A stretch of DNA of 20,000 nucleotides from an uncultured virus (IMG/VR IMGVR_UViG_3300037804_000366) (taxonomy: Duplodnaviria; Heunggongvirae; Uroviricota; Caudoviricetes): the IMG/VR virus record IMGVR_UViG_3300037804_000366; one strand, 5' to 3'. Both the position numbers and the translations under genes were made by a program. Under the pieces are notes generated by a model, which worked only from the letters and a program-made list of their open reading frames with translations, had not been told where the DNA came from and did no database searches. Below, one piece after another: positions 15,713-20,000 of this stretch; position 1 is the first letter of the stretch, and the number at the start of each line of letters is the position of its first letter.

Positions 15713-16685
15713 ATCTGTTCTTGGTTATGTTTTCGATTATTTGTATTACTTCTTTTGGCGTAGTGTCTTCCATACACCTAGATATAAGAAGATTTGAATC
15801 TCCACTAGGAGAACTAATTTTGCGACCAAGGTCAACCCTATCTTCACAAATAGCTAACTCGTCTAGCTTTTTTCCTTCTTCTATTTCTTGCTCGCAAAAA
15901 GTCTCCGTAGATTTTGTTTTCCAGCAAGCACCCATAGAACAACATTTATACATTCCCACTTTGCTTAAATAAAAGTGATTGTCATAACCCTCCCAGCTAG
16001 TCTGCTCACGACCACCAGCTAAAACAATTGCGGGTATTAGCCCACCGCGTGATCCCATCATGTTTCCAGTTAAATGCATCAAGAAGCTAACTGGCGTAAT
16101 TACGCCCATTGCTTTTTTTGCTAACAACATCAAATGCCTTAGAGTGGTCTTCCCTACTAAATTCGTAACACCCTTGAGGTCAGGATGGTAATGCCCCGCA
16201 CCACCGACTTGTAAAAACTTTATTGCACCCGCAAAATGATCTACTACTTTTTGATAGTGATGGGGATTCCACCATTTAGCCGTGAAGTCGTGTTTCCCTC
16301 CCGCATTCAACAACCAATAGTCACCATGTCCTGTGTCCCATTTCTGCTCTACATCTGAAAAGTAAATATCAGGCCCATGTCCAGATATTGGTATATCTAT
16401 CCCTATTGACTCGCCTATATGATCCGTAAATGCTCTGGAAAAATGAAACTTACGTTGGTGGCTCTTGTTTACCTCATGTTTGTAGTCCGAATCTATTACG
16501 AAATCAGCATACTCTTCTTTAACTGATGGGCTTAAGTTAATATTGTTCTCCCATAACTCTGGGCAACTCGTATGAACGTTGATCTTCCAGCTAGGCTTGA
16601 AGGTCTTTAGGTCACGAACCGCGGCCGTTAGCATTAATATATCGCCGGGGCTTTGAAACTGCTTAAGTAGGACACTCGTTGACAT
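15705..16685 (-). CDS. Glycosyltransferase family 9 (ADP-heptose:LPS heptosyltransferase-like)
   Basis: SPGDILMLTAAVRDLK, NLVGKTTLRHLMLL, VITPVSFLMHL, IPAIVLAGG and RCMEDTTPKEV match GT9 motifs. Confidence 0.85.
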   Translation of the reverse strand: MSTSVLLKQFQSPGDILMLTAAVRDLKTFKPSWKINVHTSCPELWENNINLSPSVKEEYADFVIDSDYKHEVNKSHQRKFHFSRAFTDHIGESIGIDIPISGHGPDIYFSDVEQKWDTGHGDYWLLNAGGKHDFTAKWWNPHHYQKVVDHFAGAIKFLQVGGAGHYHPDLKGVTNLVGKTTLRHLMLLAKKAMGVITPVSFLMHLTGNMMGSRGGLIPAIVLAGGREQTSWEGYDNHFYLSKVGMYKCCSMGACWKTKSTETFCEQEIEEGKKLDELAICEDRVDLGRKISSPSGDSNLLISRCMEDTTPKEVIQIIENITKNRYE

Positions 16686-16737
16686 CGCGTTGTTTAATGT
16701 ACATATGAATAATTTTTAAATAAACAGAGGTCAATCT
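16686..16737. promoter_or_regulatory. AT-rich divergent intergenic region (probable promoters)
   Basis: 52-bp gap between divergent genes; TTGACA at 16679 (+) and TTGACC at 16734 (-); neither has a convincing -10 at 17 bp. Confidence 0.35.
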
Positions 16738-16953
16738 ATGAATTATGATGGCTATGTATTAATAGGGATCGGGGTTGCTCTTTCGGTTTTAGGTTTTTTC
16801 TTAAAAAGAATAAAGGAAGAAATAGACGTACTGAAAGCAAAGCATAGCAGAATTGAGATAAATCAGGCGCGAAACTTTGAGAGGCTGACCAATATTGACA
16901 AGCTCCTTGAGGATCGCAGGCAAGACATTAAAAAACTCTTTGAGAAAAAATGA
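16738..16953 (+). CDS. Small membrane protein (one TM helix plus coiled coil)
   Basis: YVLIGIGVALSVLGFFL followed by a charged heptad region; GAGG SD. Confidence 0.65.
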   Translation: MNYDGYVLIGIGVALSVLGFFLKRIKEEIDVLKAKHSRIEINQARNFERLTNIDKLLEDRRQDIKKLFEKK

Positions 16954-17276
16954 AAACGGAAATTAATGAAGGCATGCAAGTAAAGGCTAACCTTGCATTT
17001 ATGGTTAAAACCATAGCTCTCGTAGGAACTGCGGTTTGGGGGTATTCCGTCATATGGAACAAGATTAGCACTATTGAGAATGATATAATTCGCATGAATC
17101 ATGCCATGCAGCTAAACAACGAGTTTCGCATTAAGTGGCCGCGAGGGGAGATTGGGGCTTTGCCTGCGGATGCCACTCAAGATATGAACATAGAACACCT
17201 TAAGAATCGAGTTAATAAACTAGATGAGCATGTAGATAGCCTGCGTTATAAAGGTACAGATAGGATTGACCCATAA
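16950..17276 (+). CDS. Small membrane protein (one TM helix plus coiled coil)
   Basis: LAFMVKTIALVGTAVWGYSVIW then coiled coil; ATGA overlap with the previous gene. Confidence 0.65.
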   Translation: MKTEINEGMQVKANLAFMVKTIALVGTAVWGYSVIWNKISTIENDIIRMNHAMQLNNEFRIKWPRGEIGALPADATQDMNIEHLKNRVNKLDEHVDSLRYKGTDRIDP

Positions 17277-17740
17277 TGTTTGAGCTTTTAACTTTGTTTT
17301 TAACGGGGGGAGGCTCTGCCGCGATGGGGAGCATCCTTAAGGGCGTGTTTGGGTCGCTAAACGATGCTCGCCAACATAAATACGAACTAGAGATGGCGCG
17401 GGAGGCCAGAAATAATGAATCAGCAGTTAAATTTCAAGAAGCCCTCAATAGTGGAGATGGTGGTGCATTTACTCGCGCTACTCGTCGTATGCTCGCTCTC
17501 ATCGGGATGTCTACGCTCTCGTTCACAACCTGCCTCACAGCCATCTATCCAAGCGTTCCAATCCTCAGTACAACGAACCTTACAGGAGAGGGCAGAAAAG
17601 AGTTCCTTTTCGGACTCATCAGTTTTCCAGCAGAGCAAGCCAGTATGGTTATTACAACGGGACATATCTGCATCTTCCAATGCAGCGTCGTCCTCCCAAT
17701 GATAGTTGGATTTTATTTTACGCCGGGTGGCAGGAGATGA
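17276..17740 (+). CDS. Putative holin (about 3 hydrophobic segments)
   Basis: Hydrophobic Gly-rich N-terminus, charged helix, TRR followed by TM segments, ends GFYFTPGGRR; TAATG coupling. Confidence 0.5.
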   Translation: MFELLTLFLTGGGSAAMGSILKGVFGSLNDARQHKYELEMAREARNNESAVKFQEALNSGDGGAFTRATRRMLALIGMSTLSFTTCLTAIYPSVPILSTTNLTGEGRKEFLFGLISFPAEQASMVITTGHICIFQCSVVLPMIVGFYFTPGGRR

Positions 17741-17745
17741 TATTT

Positions 17746-17937
17746 ATGAATATTGAATCACAATGGAGTTTAGCTGCGGCCGGTACTGGTGGCACATTTT
17801 TTCTTAATGAAGTAAACCCTGTTCTGGGGTTTTTATGTGGTGTGTTGACACTTACTCACGTAAGTATAGCGCTATACAGGCAGAACAAGACAAAAAAAGA
17901 AAAAGAAAAAGAACCCCCTAAGCGCCCTTTCCTATAA
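17746..17937 (+). CDS. Small membrane protein with basic C-terminal tail (holin-like)
   Basis: AGGAG SD before ATG 17746 (alternative start 17737); hydrophobic VLGFLCGVLTLTHVSIALY then a Lys-rich tail. Confidence 0.55.
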   Translation: MNIESQWSLAAAGTGGTFFLNEVNPVLGFLCGVLTLTHVSIALYRQNKTKKEKEKEPPKRPFL

Positions 17938-17939
17938 CC

Positions 17940-18674
17940 ATGAAAAAGTTTGTTTTCGCGACCGATCTACATGGTGACATGCAAGATCCGGTCGTTGTTT
18001 CGGCTCTATATGAATTTGTTAAACTTTATAAGCCTGACATAAAAATATTTGGTGGTGATCTTTTTGATTTTAGAAACTTTCGCAAAGGTGCTTCTCCAGA
18101 AGAAAGGGAAATGTCACTCAGGGGTGACATCGAAATGGGTTTGGAGTTTTTGAAAGTATATAAGCCCCATGTTTTTTTACGAGGCAACCATGATGAAAGA
18201 CTTTGGGATAGCGCTAGGCATGGCAAGGGAGTCATTAAAGATTGGTGCGAAATCGCCGTTAATCAAATAACGAAAAAAGTAAATGCCATCAAATGCAAGA
18301 TGTACCCATATGATAAGCGTAAAGGCATTTATAGCTTAGGCAGGTTGCGGTTTATTCATGGATTTAACGCAGGAGTTCATGCTTCTAGGGCGACCGCTTT
18401 AGTTTACGCCCCAGAAGGTGGAGCAGTGCTACATGGACACAACCATGCGTTTCAAAGTGCTACAATAAGTAAACTTCGCAGGACTGAGGGGTATGGCGTT
18501 GGAGCATTGGTACAGGTGGACATGGAGTACAATCGCAGTAAGCCCGGCGGTTTGATGCATGGAAATGGGTGGGCTTATGGCTTTGTGGATGGGGATGAGT
18601 GGGAAGTGTATTTAGCTAAACAAGGAGATGATAAAAAATGGCGCGTAGCGACAAACATAAAGAAGATTGGATAG
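17940..18674 (+). CDS. Calcineurin-like metallophosphoesterase
   Basis: All five motifs present: DLH, GGDLFD, GNHD, HG, GHNH. Confidence 0.92.
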   Translation: MKKFVFATDLHGDMQDPVVVSALYEFVKLYKPDIKIFGGDLFDFRNFRKGASPEEREMSLRGDIEMGLEFLKVYKPHVFLRGNHDERLWDSARHGKGVIKDWCEIAVNQITKKVNAIKCKMYPYDKRKGIYSLGRLRFIHGFNAGVHASRATALVYAPEGGAVLHGHNHAFQSATISKLRRTEGYGVGALVQVDMEYNRSKPGGLMHGNGWAYGFVDGDEWEVYLAKQGDDKKWRVATNIKKIG

Positions 18675-18892
18675 AAGCTTATAACAGCGCCCAAAAAAAG
18701 GGAGCGCTTATGCCCCCCGGCACTGGCTGGAGAAAGTTCGTGGAGCTAAAAAGCGATCTTAAGCTAGGTAGTTGTAAGCTTCGTGAACTAATTAAGACTT
18801 TACAAGATGAGGAAAAAATTGAAGTATACGTTGGCAGTGAACCTGACATAACAGGAGTGCTTAAAAAAAGAGTATGGTATCGTATAAAATAG
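18638..18892 (+). CDS. Small basic protein, probable winged HTH
   Basis: GWRKFVELKSDLKLGSCKLRELIKTL...KIEV...VWYRIK; overlaps the phosphoesterase 3' end. Confidence 0.55.
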   Translation: MARSDKHKEDWIEAYNSAQKKGALMPPGTGWRKFVELKSDLKLGSCKLRELIKTLQDEEKIEVYVGSEPDITGVLKKRVWYRIK

Positions 18893-18898
18893 CTTCAA

Positions 18899-19720
18899 AT
18901 GATCAAAAGTTTTTCTCTCGTAGGGACTCACGAGCTTAAGGAAGAGTGCCTACTATGTATATTGTCTATCAGGAGGCTGTATCCTGATGTTCCAATATTA
19001 CTATTTACCGACAAAATAACACAAGATTACCTTGATCCGAGGACGGATAATGTAGTATTTGACCCATTCTGCGAACCAGAAAACCTAAAAGTCTTACTTG
19101 AGCAGTATAGTTCCGTAAGCGTATCCAATAGATTCCATAGAGTAGATTGCATTGCAGCTAAAATGCACTGCCTGAGAAAAGCCATAGAGCTGTTTGGTAA
19201 CACGATGTTCGTGGATAGCGACATAGTGTTCCTTGAGAAGATAGATGACGCCTTACGATCAGATGTGGTTCTGTCGCCGCACTATCATGGAGACAACAGG
19301 CTGGGGCAGTGTGATAAGTATGGCGTATATAACGCTGGGTACGTTTATACCGACAACAACAATGCGGCCGATGTTTGGGATATTATATATCGCGAAAGGT
19401 CATCATTTTTTGAGCAACAAGGCATGATGCATTTCCATGAATACATGGATACTTATAATTTTGACAGGACGCATAACATTGGATTTTGGAGATGCAGGGT
19501 TTACTATAAAGAGTTTCCTAAACATCATGGGCCATTTATTGAAGTTCCTGATGGCTTGTTTGATGGAGCGAAGTCCTTACACGTTCACATGACGAAGTTT
19601 TATGAAGCCAGAGCGGATTCTGGACTAACCGCAGTGTATGATCAATGGATGGCCGAGTGCGATAAAGTCATAAAGAAGGAAGCCAAAGGCCTTATTGAAA
19701 AGTGGGAGAAGGTAAAGTGA
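18899..19720 (+). CDS. Nucleotide-diphospho-sugar transferase (GT-A fold)
   Basis: ILSIRRLYPDVPILLFTD, TMFVDSDIVF (DxD), YNAGYVY and FFEQ motifs. Confidence 0.8.
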   Translation: MIKSFSLVGTHELKEECLLCILSIRRLYPDVPILLFTDKITQDYLDPRTDNVVFDPFCEPENLKVLLEQYSSVSVSNRFHRVDCIAAKMHCLRKAIELFGNTMFVDSDIVFLEKIDDALRSDVVLSPHYHGDNRLGQCDKYGVYNAGYVYTDNNNAADVWDIIYRERSSFFEQQGMMHFHEYMDTYNFDRTHNIGFWRCRVYYKEFPKHHGPFIEVPDGLFDGAKSLHVHMTKFYEARADSGLTAVYDQWMAECDKVIKKEAKGLIEKWEKVK

Positions 19721-20000
19721 ACAACGCGGCTCTAGTTATAGCTCAGTTTGGAAATGGCTGGCCATATTTGGACTTATGGCTCTCTACCGTAGCTAGGCAA
19801 AATATGGATGTTTTGTTTTTTACGAATTATGATTTTGATGCTCCCCCCAACGTTAAAATACACAAGTGTTCTATGGATGATATATTCGATAGGGCTGAAA
19901 AAACATATGGGCTAAAGTTTCAAAACAGATATCCATACAAGCTATGCGACCTTAAGTCATTCTATGGTAAAATCTTTGAGGATGAACTTAAGGATTATGA
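19717..20000 (+). CDS. DUF6625-like putative glycosyltransferase (3' partial, not in ORF track)
   Basis: GTG at 19717 (GTGA overlap), open to the window end: MNNAALVIAQFGNGWPYLDLWL...PPNVKI...PYKLCDLKSFYGKIFEDELKDY, matching the YKLCD..P.YG.IF pattern. Confidence 0.7.
   Translation, partial: MNNAALVIAQFGNGWPYLDLWLSTVARQNMDVLFFTNYDFDAPPNVKIHKCSMDDIFDRAEKTYGLKFQNRYPYKLCDLKSFYGKIFEDELKDY

Noticed and set aside
16679..16707. TTGACA at the divergent region as a fourth box or sigma70 promoter
   Set aside because: ATG is at N12 and opens only 3 codons; no good -10 at 17 bp; the hexamer is also explained by the GT9 start codons on the other strand. Kept only as a weak possibility.
11271..19466. Other TTGACA hexamers inside genes (near 11271, 14144, 16895, 17845, 19461)
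   Set aside because: None is followed by ATG at N14 or lies at a gene start; consistent with chance.
1..20000. CRISPR array, tRNA/rRNA, integrase or IS element, alternative genetic code
   Set aside because: No spaced repeats, RNA gene signatures or recombinase motifs seen; genes tile densely under the standard code and use TAA, TAG and TGA as stops.

Overview
This window is the late (virion morphogenesis) region of a tailed dsDNA phage or prophage, probably a siphovirus (long tape measure, no sheath gene). The + strand carries a 5'-truncated prohead protease/scaffold, capsid decoration protein, major capsid protein, an intrinsic terminator, head-tail joining genes, two paralogous short tail-tube-like genes, a tail assembly chaperone, a 1228-aa tape measure protein, a hub/Dit-like gene and two long Thr/Val/Cys-rich tail-tip or fibre genes. 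A four-gene minus-strand block follows (GT9 glycosyltransferase, hypothetical, degenerate GT-A-like protein, stand-alone sigma70 region 4 protein). The last + strand block has small membrane/holin-like genes, a metallophosphoesterase, an HTH protein and two more glycosyltransferase-like genes. Two observations stand out. (1) The two fibre genes have mirror-image cysteine spacing about their junction over roughly 500 residues each, suggesting a two-chain antiparallel, disulfide-zippered fibre. (2) A TTGACA-N14-ATG box sits at three late-gene starts, one of them an internal scaffold start and one an unannotated 23-aa ORF, in a genome that encodes a lone sigma region-4 (-35-binding) protein. All product calls come from motif recognition and synteny; no database searches were run.
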